A stretch of 248,000 nucleotides of DNA from Wallemia ichthyophaga EXF-994 (Eukaryota; Fungi; Basidiomycota), in assembly GCF_000400465.1 (NCBI RefSeq), contig NW_008806282.1:20001-268000 (forward strand). The letters are read 5' to 3'. Below the pieces are notes generated by a model. It saw only the letters and a list, made by a program, of their open reading frames with translations. It did not search any database and had not been told where the DNA came from. Within the stretch, counting starts at the first letter, position 1. Every line of letters starts with the position of its first letter. Of this stretch, positions 25,892 to 38,528 are shown in pieces. Position numbers and translations under genes: made by a program.

Positions 25892-28325
25892 TTAATTAAT
25901 CTCGAATATCTGTTGGTGTTATATTAAAGGGTGTATGAGAGAAGCAAATGAATGACTCACGTTATCCGAGTCAGACCATGTGTCTTGGTTTTCGGACACC
26001 TTGACTCGCTTCTCAAAATAAATGGGCTCTCCGGTAGTCTCACTCGTGATTGGAATCCAGTCATCACCAATGTTCTTAAACCACTTGACTCTGGAATGAG
26101 CGTAAGATTTGTCACGACTGCGACGATCTCTTTGTGCTTGCTCGAGGTAATTCTTATACTCTTCAGCTATATCAGCATTGCCTTGCTCCAAAGCTCGCTG
26201 ATCAGGTCTGCGTCGAGAATCTGTAGGCGGGAGAATATTCTCGTTTACCATTTCATTCAATCCAACAGCATATCTGGAGAAACCGTAGTAATCTTGACAG
26301 TCGGGAGGGAATTGGTTGATAGATTCCCACAGCTGCTGGAATCTGTCCGTTGAGTGTCCGTGGTCGTCGACTAGCTGACGAACAAAATTTTGCGACCATC
26401 TGCCATTCAGTCTGCACAGACGGGTGTGACTGCTATCTTCTATGGAACCCTCCACATAGCCTCGTGACGATTCACCGCCAAAGAAACTACCCTCTTTGAA
26501 CGCAATGGTGGATGATTCGCCCGTGGTCTCGTTCTTTATATCTAAATCACCCGTGTGTTCGAGATATGGGGAGGACATGACTAGGTTGCGAATAAATGAG
26601 CTGGGCTTGCGCCTGGAGGAGGAGTGTGTGTTAGTGTGTGTTGGTGGAGTAATAAAAGCGCCACCCACCATGTGTAAATATCGCCGGTAGATTTGATGGT
26701 CAATTTGGCATTACCAATGGGGATAATTTCCATACTCTTGCCCCAGAACCTGAAATGTGTTAACTTAATCACACTGTTACAACGAAATAAACTCACTTCT
26801 GTTTGACACCCGACGTTGCCACGTACGTCCAATCTTCACCCTGTGCATAAGCAGCCACTAAAGGCGGATGATGGGTAACCTTCTCACTGAAGAAAGCAAA
26901 TTGGGGGGTGATGAGCTCGTATGTCTCACCAAGGAGAGGATTGAAAGGTTTCCTAGTCGATCTGTATTGCGTGCACGAGTAGCTCGAGACGCAGAAAGCG
27001 GCAATACAGGCCATACGCTCGACACTACTCTTGGCTTTGATGGCCTTGTCGATGAGTTCTACGTACTCAAAATCCTCAGCTACCTTCTGCAGTAGGGAGA
27101 GGGGCTCGTTAAAGCTCACTGGGAAGGAGATGGTGGTGAGGTCTTTGCCAACGTTTTTCTTCAAGACACCAAGCAGACCAATTTCCTGTGATTATCGTGC
27201 GATTGTGAGTTGGTGTCATGTCTTCAAATTTAAGACAACTCACATCACCAGAGATCGGAGCAGGTAGTTGCTGCCGCCGTGAGAGCTGCATGGGGCCATA
27301 TTTGGAGGTGACTTCACCCGACACTTCTTCTTTATGGTACGTGCCCTCTTTATCCACCTCATCGTCGTCATCTTGAACATCAACGTTGTCATTATCGTTG
27401 TCATTATCGTTGTCATTATCGTTGTCATTATCATTGCCGTCATCATCGTCATCGCCGTCGTCGCACTCGTATGCCTCACCAAAGGTGTCGTGGGCGTCAT
27501 AGAACTCAAAGTCATTGATAGAGGAAGTGCGTGAAGGGGCGTAGCGCGAGGGTGCGGGAGGGTTGTTGGAAGACTTTCGATTGTTACTGTCGTAATGCAT
27601 CGAATATATCTCCTGCTGTAGTCTTCTTAATTCGGCAGTAGAATCGAGCATCCGTTCAAAGAAAGCATCGTAAGCTCTGGGGCTGTATGGGGAGTGTGTA
27701 GAGTCGGAAAAATCTTCATTTGATGAATTGAGCTTAGGTGATTTGTGGAATATGTTTAGTAGACCACCTTGAGTGTGTGTGTGTGTGGTTTCGCGTGAAC
27801 TTGATTGGTTATGACAATTCTTTAAATTCTCTAGGTCAAATTCGAGGAGGTCGATAAGTTTAAGGGATTTGTTCATGTTATCAGTTGGGGTACTAGTATT
27901 CTCAGCCACAGTTTGGAGTGCAGGATTAGTTGTATCGAGGAATAAACCCAATGTCTTCATCCAGGTTAAGTACTCCTCACCTGAATTGAATTTTATATGC
28001 CAAGTCGATGTACCGCCGTCAATGGTCACAGTGCGTCGATTGCTGTGAGATAACCAGACGCTGGAACGGAGGTTAACGTGATCTCTAACTGTGTCTGTAT
28101 TTGTGACTGCGTAGTTGAGAATCCCAGAGGACTACAAAATGATCAACGCGTATCCATTAATACTGTCATTTGGCTTACGTAGAGTCTGAAATAACGCCTA
28201 GCGAATCCCTGCATTTTCTTCTGTTTCTTCTTGAGTAAATATCCCTCGATCATTACTCTACCTGTGTTATTATCGTGTATCGACATCCTCTGATGAGAAG
28301 GACGTGAAGGTCGTGATATTGACAT
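25892..28325 (-). CDS. Oxysterol-binding protein with PH domain, Osh3-like
   Basis: EGYLLKKKQKKMQGFARRYF; ISFPVSFNEPLSLLQ; KPFNPLLGETYE; EKVTHHPP. Confidence 0.88.
27384..27432. repeat. 12-bp tandem repeat encoding an NDNDND tract
   Basis: (cgttgtcattat)x4. Confidence 0.85.
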
Positions 28326-28392
28326 TATGGACGTGTCGAATAAAGGAGAAAATCGGTAAAAATAAATTAAATTCTGAAATACAAACTACATT

Positions 28393-28981
28393 CTAAGTCT
28401 CTGAGCTGCATCCACGGCATCCTGTGGTGTTGTTAGCTATAACCATCTCCACGGCTTTTACACACCACAATGCACACACTCAAAAGTCTGTCCATCCTTG
28501 AGGTGAGCCTTTGGTACTCTACAGATACACGTAGATCCTTCATAGTTCATGTCTCTGCTCTGTATACACCGCGTACAGCACAGCTTCTCGTATCCCTGTT
28601 TCTTCCATTTGGCTATCAAATTGGCGTCTGCATAGCCCTGCTTCACCAGCCAATCGTAAAGTTCCTTGGATATTTGCTTACGTTTGTAGTACAAGTCGAA
28701 TATATCTGTGGGATGTTAATTGGTGCCACTCTTACTACTAAATACCCCACATCTTGATCTCGTATGCGATATTCTCATTACAGGCCACAGTGTCTCGTTC
28801 TTACGCTTCCCATCCACTGTTTCTGCCTCCACGTCGCGCATCTTACGAGTATAATCTGGAGTGAGAGGCGCATGAGATGTGTTTATATCGCAAGACACTC
28901 TGCCGCACCCTCTAATATCTGCTCAATAGCTTCAAATCCTTCTGGTGGCTGCTTTGTGCGCTGTGTCCTTATCTTTGGCAT
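28393..28981 (-). CDS. BUD31: Splicing factor Bud31/G10
   Basis: [35 protein letters not shown]. Confidence 0.95.
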
Positions 28982-29070
28982 TGTGGTGGTGAATGTGGGT
29001 GTATAACATGTGATTAATAAAGATATTTACAATATTCGCTGTGTATTCTTAACTCGTTCAATAATACCCT

Positions 29071-29707
29071 TTATCCCCTACGAGCAGCTCGATTTGGTGT
29101 CCACTCCTGCGTCTTCCCTGTCCCTGGAGCGAATTCACCCGCCTGTTTCCTCAAACGACCCTCTTCTTGCTGCCTTTGATGCATTTCATTAGGATCGAAT
29201 CCATGTCTGCGTTCTTCCACATGCTCCATTGTTTCCTCGGGTGTTCTTCCTGCCTCTTGCGTTTCGATAGCTGGTTCGAATGCCTCTAGCGGGTTTTGGT
29301 TGTAATGTTGCTGTGCCTTGATGTGCTCGTGTTGCTCGTGTTCGTGTTGCATATCTACCTCTGCAGTGCCACTCTCCGGCGCAGGCACAGCGCCTCTACT
29401 CTTCGCGAAAGCTGCATCGATACGCGCTGCATTCTGCTGTGTGCGCTGTATCCTGAGCAAATCCGATTCCAACTCCTAGGTAATATTCAATATCAACTCA
29501 CGTAATCACCACTATCCACCCCCACTCACCTCGATCGACGGCGGAGAGAGACGCGTGTGCCTGAGCCACGCCTGCCACTGCGCTGGCATATTCTTGCCGA
29601 CCAGAGCCCAATCGACCTGGCGCGGATACCTGACTGAGCGCTTCGGACGTTCTTTGTAGTCTGTTGTGGGTGGGTGCTCGAAATACTTGTTGCCTGAGAT
29701 TAGACAT
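29071..29707 (-). CDS. Hypothetical protein
   Basis: Two ORFs joinable by an intron; ending QEWTPNRAARRG; no family recognised. Confidence 0.5.
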
Positions 29708-29924
29708 TAGATTGGGGTAATTCACCCTGCTGTATAGTCCCACCCTCTAAATCGTATCCCACGAAATACCTGTCACTCTATCCCGCATCAGAATAGCCAC
29801 TACACAGCCACAGCCACCCACTGGCTTTGGTATTTTGCTCCATAAGAAGCTGAATATTCCGCTGCGTGCTGGTGATTTAAGCATGACTGACGGTGATCGT
29901 GGTAATCCTTCTTGATCAAACACC

Positions 29925-30913
29925 ATGATAAGGGGTGTGAAAATTAGGTGGTCTGGGCACAGCAAACTCAGCACACTCAGCACATTCAGAACTCTCTCCA
30001 CATCCACCACACACCTCCAAAGCCAGCTGCCGAATCCCAACGCCGAAAAGGAAGCCAAGAAAGAAGCCTATCGGCACGACCTCGATGAGCAAGTGAGGCG
30101 ACAAGAGGAAGCTGCGAGCAAAGCGCAAGACAGTCAACCCACACTTGCTTACCTCCCTCGAGCATTAGGGGTAGTAGACAAGCCCTTATCCAGCGCGAGT
30201 GCGACTGAGCAGAGCTGGACACAGCGCAGCAGAAGCTATTTCTCTGAAACTAAATTAGAGGAGCGGAGGAGGTTATTGTTGAAAGAGTCGCGCAATGCTT
30301 ATTATACGGATCTCAAACTCATTCAGCAGCACGGCGGGAAAACGTGGATGGCACCACCCTCCCTCATCCAGCAGCAACGTGCACTCTTTTTCCCCGATAT
30401 CAAAGGTACCCTTTTGAGAGACGGAAAGAGTACAAGACATACTAGCGACCTTCTCCCAGGCAAAATATCCCTCGTCGCTATCATGAGCACACGTATCGCC
30501 CAGGAACACGCCAAGTCTTGGTCTGAACCTTTCCTCAAGGCGTTTGCAAACACCCCCGCTTTTCAGTATTTACAGGTAAGTGCGATATCGCGTATATCTC
30601 ACACAAACTAACACAATATCCTCAGATCAACTCTCAAAGCAACCCTCTCAAAAGCTGGCTTGTCACACTTTCACTCAACAACCTCCGTCGTATGGTACCC
30701 ACCCAGCTGCAGGATACTTACCTTGTCAGCTCTCAGTCACTTGAGACCGAAAGGGAATATCTCGCTTTCGATAACCAGTACGCAGCTTATGTTTATCTAG
30801 TCGATCAGCAAGGTAAAATTCGCTGGGCAGGTGCTGCTTTTGCCCAGCAGAGGGAGATTGATGCTGGGATCAAGTGTGCAAGTGAGTTATTACAGCGGCT
30901 GCATGGGGAGTAA
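29925..30913 (+). CDS. ATP10: Mitochondrial ATP synthase assembly factor Atp10
   Basis: GKTWMAPPSLI..ALFFPDIKG; YVYLVDQQGKIRWAG. Confidence 0.85.
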
Positions 30914-30927
30914 ATGATGCATGCATT

Positions 30928-31884
30928 TTATAGATTTGTTTTGTCTAGTTTGGTGGTTATGCTCTGTGTGTGTGTGTTTTCGTTGTCCTTTTCCTCTTTA
31001 TAGTTATGACTGTTGTCACCGCTGTAATTTTCACTCTCACTGTCCTCCTCACTCCCACTGCCACTCTCTTCTTCACTTTCCTCACTCTCTTCCTCGCTCC
31101 CGCTCTCTTCAATCCAGTTCTGGTGGTTGGGGTTCGCCTGGAGCAGATCATCCTCCTCATCATCCTTCTGTCTGGCTTGCTGATATTCACGCTGTTCGTC
31201 TGCCATGATATGCTCCTGCTCTGCGACAATCTCCTCGCTGCTAGCGCAACCCTTGTATCTCTCCAGCAAACCTTTGTTAACTTTGAGGAAAGAGTGACCC
31301 CAACTAAATTTCGATAGCAGTGTTTCCGCACACATATCGAAACCGGTGAGGAAGAAAGTAGCAGCGAGGGCCTCAACGCAATTAAGTCTCCACGGCTTAC
31401 CGTAATTGACAGGATTAGTAGCGATGAGATAAGGGAGGAGGCGTTCATGCGGGCTCTTTATCCTGCCCCACGGAATCTCGTCGAGTCTAGCCCACGAGCA
31501 CTCCACGACAGCGGCTCCACTAGCGGCAACGATATCTTTGTCTGCGGGGCTGACGGTGAGGGAACCTTTGGGTCTGGAGCGTGTAAGAAGACGGTGTGAC
31601 TTGCACTAGGACACCCACGATAGCACCACTCCTCTAAACCGCTGGCCTACTTTCATATCCTTGATGAGCCCCTGCCGAGACAGCTTCTTGCCGGAACAGC
31701 GACGTGGATCGCAGTGGTTGAAATCCCACATCGCTACAGGTACACCGAGACTGGCAACGAGACCATCACGCTTCTCTTCCCGCCTGCTCTTTATACCCAT
31801 CGGTGCATCATCTATCGCAGAATCAGGCCTCTCACCCAACTCGAATACTTTGTAGTCGTAGCGCTTGTTGTGGGATTTGGGCAT
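30928..31884 (-). CDS. TSR3: 18S rRNA aminocarboxypropyltransferase Tsr3
   Basis: AMWDFNHCDPRRCSGKKL, ECSWAR, ATNPVNYGKPWRLNCVEALAA. Confidence 0.95.
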
Positions 31885-32016
31885 TCGGTGGAGATGGTGG
31901 TAGTTGGGGTACAAGGGAGTTTTAGAGAGATGAATGGCAATAAGGAGAGATTAGCAGAGATTGTTGCATCTATCTTCTATGGCTTCTATCCTTTACACCG
32001 ACCATCCATCTCGACG

Positions 32017-33549
32017 ATGGCCAGCAATGATTTTTATAAATTTATGGGAAATGGGGAAAACAAGGAGAAAATTGAGAATGAGTTGGAGTATAAGCAACAG
32101 CAGCAGCAGTATCAGCAGCAACCGCACGAGTATCAGCAGCAACCACACAACCACCAACAACACTACTTGAGCCAGGTATCGCCATTGGATAACTACTACA
32201 ACCCAGAATATACACAGGATGATATTGATCTTTTATTGACACCGTTTTTATCCCCCACACTCACACCCGCACTCACACCTTCACTCACACCTGCTCTCAC
32301 TCCCCACTCTGTCTTCTCTCAACCGCCTTTAAACACTGATGATCACATTAGCATCGCCCACACTCAAAATGATATTCATTCAGATTTATTTAGTCCTCTG
32401 ACGTCACCCGCTCTATTGCCCACACCAAACTCACCTAAGACATTCACCACACAAAACACTCACCAAAGAACCGGTTCTCATTCTGCTAGAAGAGGCGCTT
32501 CTACTGAGGCCAGGGCTAATAAGATTAGACCGTCTCCCGTTATGAAACCTCTTTCTTCGAGGTTGAGAAAATTTGATCTAGACAGCAGCAACCTGGAAAA
32601 ATCGCCCATCAACCTCGACTTAGACGCTGCTTCTATGCCGCCCCCACCAATTACCAACCAAACCAACCAATCAAATCTAGCACCGGTTACTCCAGCTTCT
32701 ATTATGAACATGTCTAGTAACAGCAATTCACAATCCTCACACACCTCCTCAAGCTCAAGCGGAACAGCCACACCGACCACACAAAACACTCTCACAGACA
32801 TGGCTAACCTCTCCCTCCACTCTGACTCAAACTACGCCAATGTCCTCACTGGCAGGAGCATCAACCCTAAAATGGCAGACTTGTTAGAATCCCAAGCGCA
32901 CGTAGCAGGTCACGATAACGCTGCCAAACGCGCTTCACACAAGGTCGCCGAGCAGAGGAGGCGAGATTCCCTCAAACACTCGTTCGACGACTTGAGAGCT
33001 TTGCTGCCACCCGTTGTCGATGACAACGATCACGATAGCGCTGGTGTCAGTGAAGGTAGACTCGACTTGCGTTTGGAGATGAAAGACATGGACTCGGCTC
33101 AGATTAATAAAGGTGTTTCTAAAGTTGTTCTCTTGAAACTCGCCAACGACTACATCACGATTCTCAACCATCGGCTCGGTAGACGTGACAATATTATCGC
33201 CAGTTTGAGAGACGAGGTGGCTGAGTTGAGAGGGGGGAGCAAATGCGGAGGTGATGGTGATGGTGGACAAGATGGTGAAGCTGGTCATGCTAGTCAAACT
33301 AATTCAGTGGATAACAACACCTTCTTGCATAACATCGACGCCGTCGAACACCACATCCAGCAGGCTGCTCTGCTCGCTATGGATGGAAACGTGCACCAAA
33401 AGAGGGAGTCTATTAGCGAGCCTCCTGCTGCCCACAAGGGCGCGTCGAGCAGAGGCAAAGGCAGGATTAGAGGCGCGAGCAAGGCTGCCAAGCAATACCT
33501 CCAACAGGCCACACAAGACAAGACTCAGACACAGACTCAACAGAAATAG
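32017..33549 (+). CDS. bHLH transcription factor, Pho4/NUC-1-like
   Basis: KRASHKVAEQRRRDSLK..SKVVLLKLANDYI; SP/TP-rich N-terminus with LFSPLTSPAL. Confidence 0.75.
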   Translation: MASNDFYKFMGNGENKEKIENELEYKQQQQQYQQQPHEYQQQPHNHQQHYLSQVSPLDNYYNPEYTQDDIDLLLTPFLSPTLTPALTPSLTPALTPHSVFSQPPLNTDDHISIAHTQNDIHSDLFSPLTSPALLPTPNSPKTFTTQNTHQRTGSHSARRGASTEARANKIRPSPVMKPLSSRLRKFDLDSSNLEKSPINLDLDAASMPPPPITNQTNQSNLAPVTPASIMNMSSNSNSQSSHTSSSSSGTATPTTQNTLTDMANLSLHSDSNYANVLTGRSINPKMADLLESQAHVAGHDNAAKRASHKVAEQRRRDSLKHSFDDLRALLPPVVDDNDHDSAGVSEGRLDLRLEMKDMDSAQINKGVSKVVLLKLANDYITILNHRLGRRDNIIASLRDEVAELRGGSKCGGDGDGGQDGEAGHASQTNSVDNNTFLHNIDAVEHHIQQAALLAMDGNVHQKRESISEPPAAHKGASSRGKGRIRGASKAAKQYLQQATQDKTQTQTQQK

Positions 33550-33658
33550 ATACAGTTTGTCTGGGATTATATGAATATGGATTTCCTTCATGTTTTTATC
33601 TTTTCTATTGTTGTTTTAGACTTTTTTTTGTAAACATACATGTTTTATATCTTGCATC

Positions 33659-34500
33659 ATGCGCTCATCAAGCGATATCGAGTTCCTCAAGCTGCTGCTC
33701 TCAGACTCGAATTTGCCAACAGGCGGTGTGAGTTGGGATTGATATGTTTCTATAATTTGTGCTAACATAAGCGCCAGTTCGTTGCCTCATCTGGACTGGA
33801 GTCCTTTATCGGCCATGGTCAATCGCATGGTCAGCTCACGCACACCGCCTTGATCGACTTCCTCCGTTTCAGTTGCGACAACACAGCCAGCACGACGTTG
33901 GCGTATATAAGCGGGGTGCATAGCATAATACGCGACACACCCACACCCACACCCACGCGCACACAGCTCGAGCAACTGAAGCGACTTGATGGGGTGCACG
34001 ATGCACAGATGCTCAACCACGCCGCAAAGCGCGCGAGCAAAGCGCAGGGGATGGCCATCCTTACGCTGCACGCCAAGTCCTTCGGCGGCCACGACGTCAT
34101 TCGCGATTTCCGACACGCCGTTCGGAGTGCGTCTTCCGAGGGCCATCTGGCCATTTGCTGGGGACTGATGACTGCTGTGCTTGGTATGCCCTCGCAAGAC
34201 GCTCAACATCTCCATCTTTTCCTACACGCTAGATCCCTCCTTAGTGCCGCTGTTAGACTTAATGTCCTCGGTCCGTACGCTGCGCAGAAAATCCTCCTGC
34301 ATGACGCTCGAGATATCGTTGATAGCGCCTTTCACCGCTGTTGTCATGTGCGCGTTGGTAATCTAGATTCGGTTGTTGGAGATTATGTATATGACACAGA
34401 CGATGCAGACGACCATATCGGCCCTGCTACGACTTGGCCTTTGATCGAACTTATTGGCAGCAGGCATGACTTACTCCACACACGCATTTTCAATAGCTAG
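33659..34500 (+). CDS. Urease accessory protein UreF
   Basis: LLLSDSNLPTGG, ASSEGHLAICWG, C-terminal RHDLLHTRIFNS. Confidence 0.85.
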
Positions 34501-34562
34501 CACACAGCACGCAGCACACTCCGATCACATTGTAAAGTCAGTACAGTTATACACTTATCTAT

Positions 34563-35180
34563 ATCAAAGATGGAAACTCTTCACCAACTTATTAAACCCA
34601 CTCGAGCCACTCTGTATCATAAGTTCCCTCAGTGTCTCAAATGGTGGTTGAGCTTTCCTTCTCATCCATAACTTCTGTCGCAGGACATGGTACTTCTACT
34701 TGGAGTCAGTTGGTGATCACCTATACACCCAGATACCCACTTCCTTCTGCTCGTTGGGCACCATTCTCCATCTGAAACCAGCGAGGACCATCATAGTCTG
34801 AGGTGAAATTTGGAGTAATCGTCCGGCTTGATTCTGCACGCCAGCTCATCTGCATCAGCTGAACTTAGCGATCTCATAATTCTCTCGATCAGCTGCTTCG
34901 GCTCCTCTCTGCGCCACATCTCATACTGGTGTTTGAAGTAGTAGCAGAAGCAGCCGCCCGATTCCTTCATGTTGACATACACATCTACAAACTGATCGAA
35001 CTTGACGTGAGTAGTTTGTTTACTGCGCTTGTTTATCATCTCGGACGTCTTTCCTAACATGTTGCCTTTACTAGGAATGCTAGGTTGGTATATATGTCTG
35101 TTTTGCGCTTTAGTAGCGAGTGGTGGTGCTGACATATTGACGTGCGTGCGCGTGCGGAGACTAGGCGATGTAAGCATCAT
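34563..35180 (-). CDS. Hypothetical small protein, possible degenerate HMG box
   Basis: Spliced exons give AGFRWRMVPNEQKE|KYHVL; upstream CFCYYFKHQYEMWRREEP. Confidence 0.3.
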
Positions 35181-35622
35181 TTTTGTTTGCGTAGATCGGG
35201 TATCATCTGTTTATCGTGTTAGTTGTGCGTAGTGATCATCACGCTTCGCAGTACCTCGCTTGCTAGCAGAGAGTCCTGCTCTCGCTGCAATAGGTATCTT
35301 GGGATATTCGGTGCGGATACTTTTCACGTCAAACCAGTTGACCATGCGTAACATTCTTTATGAGTATTGGGAAGGAAGTAGAAGTGTCACGTACTTTTAA
35401 GATCCCATTTAAACACCTCCTTTAGCTGTCTTTGTTGCAGGTTTAGCCCACCCTCATTGTTTTCATGCAGAAATTTGAAATTTGTTTTGTAATACTGCTT
35501 ACCCACCGGCTGTACCTTTGGAATTTGAAAATGGAAATTTTTACACCACCCTTCATCCTCACAAGATCTCAACGTTGTAATACTTAGCTTTAAAGATAAA
35601 ATCAATACAAACTTTTACAAAG

Positions 35623-38390
35623 CTAGATAAATTCGCTAGTTTTGTCCACATAGTAAGACAAAGTATGCTTGATATCTTCGACAGCCGATGAAGTCGCAAC
35701 AAAGAGCTTGAACTCTCCCGCCTCGATTACCCATCTGCTCTTAAAGTCATCGAAATAGCTAAAGGCGCGTTTGCCTAGCATTAGAGTCACTTCCTCAGAC
35801 TCGCCAGGAAGAATCAAGTTGGTTTTGGCATACGCTTTCAATTCAAGGAATGGTCGAGCGAGACGAGACTCCACGTCATTTACGTAAAGCTGGATAATCT
35901 CTCTGCCAGCGACGCTGCCTGTGTTCGTCACCTTCATCCTGATTAAGACGTCATGACTATCACTTGTCTGGTCCACACGTGCATTAGTTACGTCGAACGA
36001 GGTATAACTCAATCCTTTTCCAAATGGAAAGAGGGGTTTTTTACCAGTCGTTGCAAAGTGCCTGTATCCCACAAAGACTCCTTCAGCATAAACCACACGA
36101 CCATTCTCTCCGCCAAAGTTGAGGTGCGATGGACTGTCTCTCAACTCGACTGGCATAGTCAGTGGCAACTTTGCAGATGGGTTGAGCCTTCCGAACAGGA
36201 TATCTGCAAGTCCATTCCCAACTTCGTTCCCGCCATAAAAGGCCTGATACACACCCTTCACTTTGTCCACCCATGGTAATTCAACGGGTGTGCCGCTTTG
36301 AACAATAGCCACTGTGTTGCTATGCGCTGAAGAAATGGCATTCATAAACGCGTTGGCTGAATCGGGCAGTTTCATGTCTGGTCGATCAAAACCTTCACTT
36401 TCAAAATCATTGTTGAGACCGACAAAGCAGAGAACAAGATCAGCACCCTTGCAAGCATCTAATGCCTCCTGTAGAAACTCGTCTTGAGATTTGCTTGGAG
36501 AAATTCCAAATCGAATACCGCCCCGAGAATGAGGTGAAAGTGTACCTGCAGCCTGTGCACCTTCGCTGCTATAATAAAGCCTAGCCATTATCGAGTATTG
36601 CTTACCTTCTTCAAGCTTCTTGACAACTGTGCGCTCTTGGGAACCAGAGTTGAACCATAATGTACCTGGCTGAGGGTTGGTTGAATTGTCTACAACCCTC
36701 TCACCGTCGACGAAGAGATCAGTTTGACCAGCGCCAGCAATACCAATTTCATAGTTATCCGTCTTATTTGGAGTAAAAATCCCTGATGCTTCTGCCCAAC
36801 ACGTCAATGGGACTGTCTCAGGTCCAGGCAGATTGTCGTTGAAGAACAGGTGCGAAGAGTGCCTGTCTCCTGCTTAGAGATTACAGCAAACAATCAAGAC
36901 ATACTTACGCGTAAAGCTCGTGAAGTGGCTTCGCCTTCCCAGCGGCTGGATCGCTGCCGTAGAACTTCACGTCAACGCCAGCTCTACCATCGGCAGTCTT
37001 AAGCTCTGGGCCGAATAATGGGGTGAGCTTGTGCGCATTTCCTCCGCGCGAGTATACAACCTCAGCGCCAATCTCCTTTGCTTGCTCACGAATCGCGTCT
37101 AGCGGTGATACAGCGTATGAAGCTCTAAGAGCGGCAGATCCACCACCGGAAATGATAGCAGATTCTGCGTTTGGTCCGATCACAGATATCTTCGTAGTGC
37201 CCTTCTTGATTGGCATTACATTTTCTTCGTTTTTAAGTAGCACTACACCATTTGCTGCAGCTTCTCTGAGTGTTTGACGAAGCTCTGGTGTGTCATGAAC
37301 TTTTTCTGGTGTGGCTTCATCAATGCCACTCTTACGGACCTTGTTGATAAGCTCAAGAACCTAAGGTGGATTGTTGGTTACGTCAATAACACTACGATAA
37401 TCTTACATTTTTCACTCTAGCATCTATGTCCTCAATAAAAACCTTCTTTGCAGTTAAAGCACGCTGAAGAGCTGCCCCACGGACGACAGACGGACCAGGC
37501 ATCTCCAAATCGAGACCGGCATGCGTAGATTCTCCAGCCGAATACGTACCAAACCAATCAGACATAGTCATACCGTTCCAACCCCATTCACCGCGGAGGA
37601 TATCACCCAACAAGCGTGGGTCTTCAGAGCAGTGTAAACCGTTGACACGATTGTAAGCGGTCATTACAGACCAAGGCTTGTGTTCCGATTCCCTTAATGG
37701 AATTTCAAAAGCGCGAAGATATATTTCCCGAAGTGCTCTCTCGGATATCTCGGATGACATTGACATACGCTCAAATTCCTGATCGTTGCCAACATAGTGC
37801 TTGATTGTAGCTGCCACACCCTTATCTTGTAAACCCTTCACAAAATATTTTGCCAAAGTGCCGCTCAATTCGGGATCTTCGCTGTAGCTTTCGAATCCTC
37901 GACCGCCAAGAGGGCTTCTCTGGATGTTGATAGTGCTTGAACAAGTAGATGAGTGACGGCAAAAGCTAATCAACTGGACTCACGGGGCTAAGAGGACGTG
38001 CACGCCTGTAAATGCTCACTTAGTATTACGTCATTACGGTGGTGCTGCACCGACTAACCTTTGGCGATACATTCGTCGGCCAGAGCACTACCAACTCTCT
38101 CTAAGAGCTGATTATCAAAGCTTGCACCCAGCGCTGTCGCACCTGGAAAGCACGATGATGGTGTACCCTCAAAGAAGTCTAAAAGCCGTTAGAACTTGAC
38201 AAATAGCCTTGCGCCGCCACTAACTAATTCCTCTAACACCATTTGGTCCATCTGAAGTTCTAATAGATGGAATTCCCAGTCGAGTATTGTTAACGGTATG
38301 CCACATGTCTTTACCGGCAAGCAACTCGATCTTCTCTTTAACAGTAAGCTGCTGAAGAAGCTCTTCAACGTTTAATTCTGGTAAGGTCAT
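35623..38390 (-). CDS. GH3 beta-glucosidase with PA14 and Fn3 domains
   Basis: SDGPNGVRG, IKHYVGNDQE, GMTMSDWFG, FPFGKGLSYTSF. Confidence 0.95.
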
Positions 38391-38528
38391 TATTTGGTAG
38401 TGATCTGGATAAATAGAAGGTGATTGTGACAAGGTAAGATAGTGCCATGATAAAAAAAAGGAAGCAAAGATTAATTTAAGATTATATTAAAGGTATAGTG
38501 GTCAACATATTGCATATTCCTGTCATAA

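Noticed and set aside
27240-27534. IVVI/TTIM repeat ORFs
   Set aside because: Alternative frames of the NDND repeat in the OSH gene
31714-32016. N-terminal extension of the bHLH ORF overlapping TSR3
   Set aside because: Non-ATG ORF-caller start; the real start is most likely Met 32017
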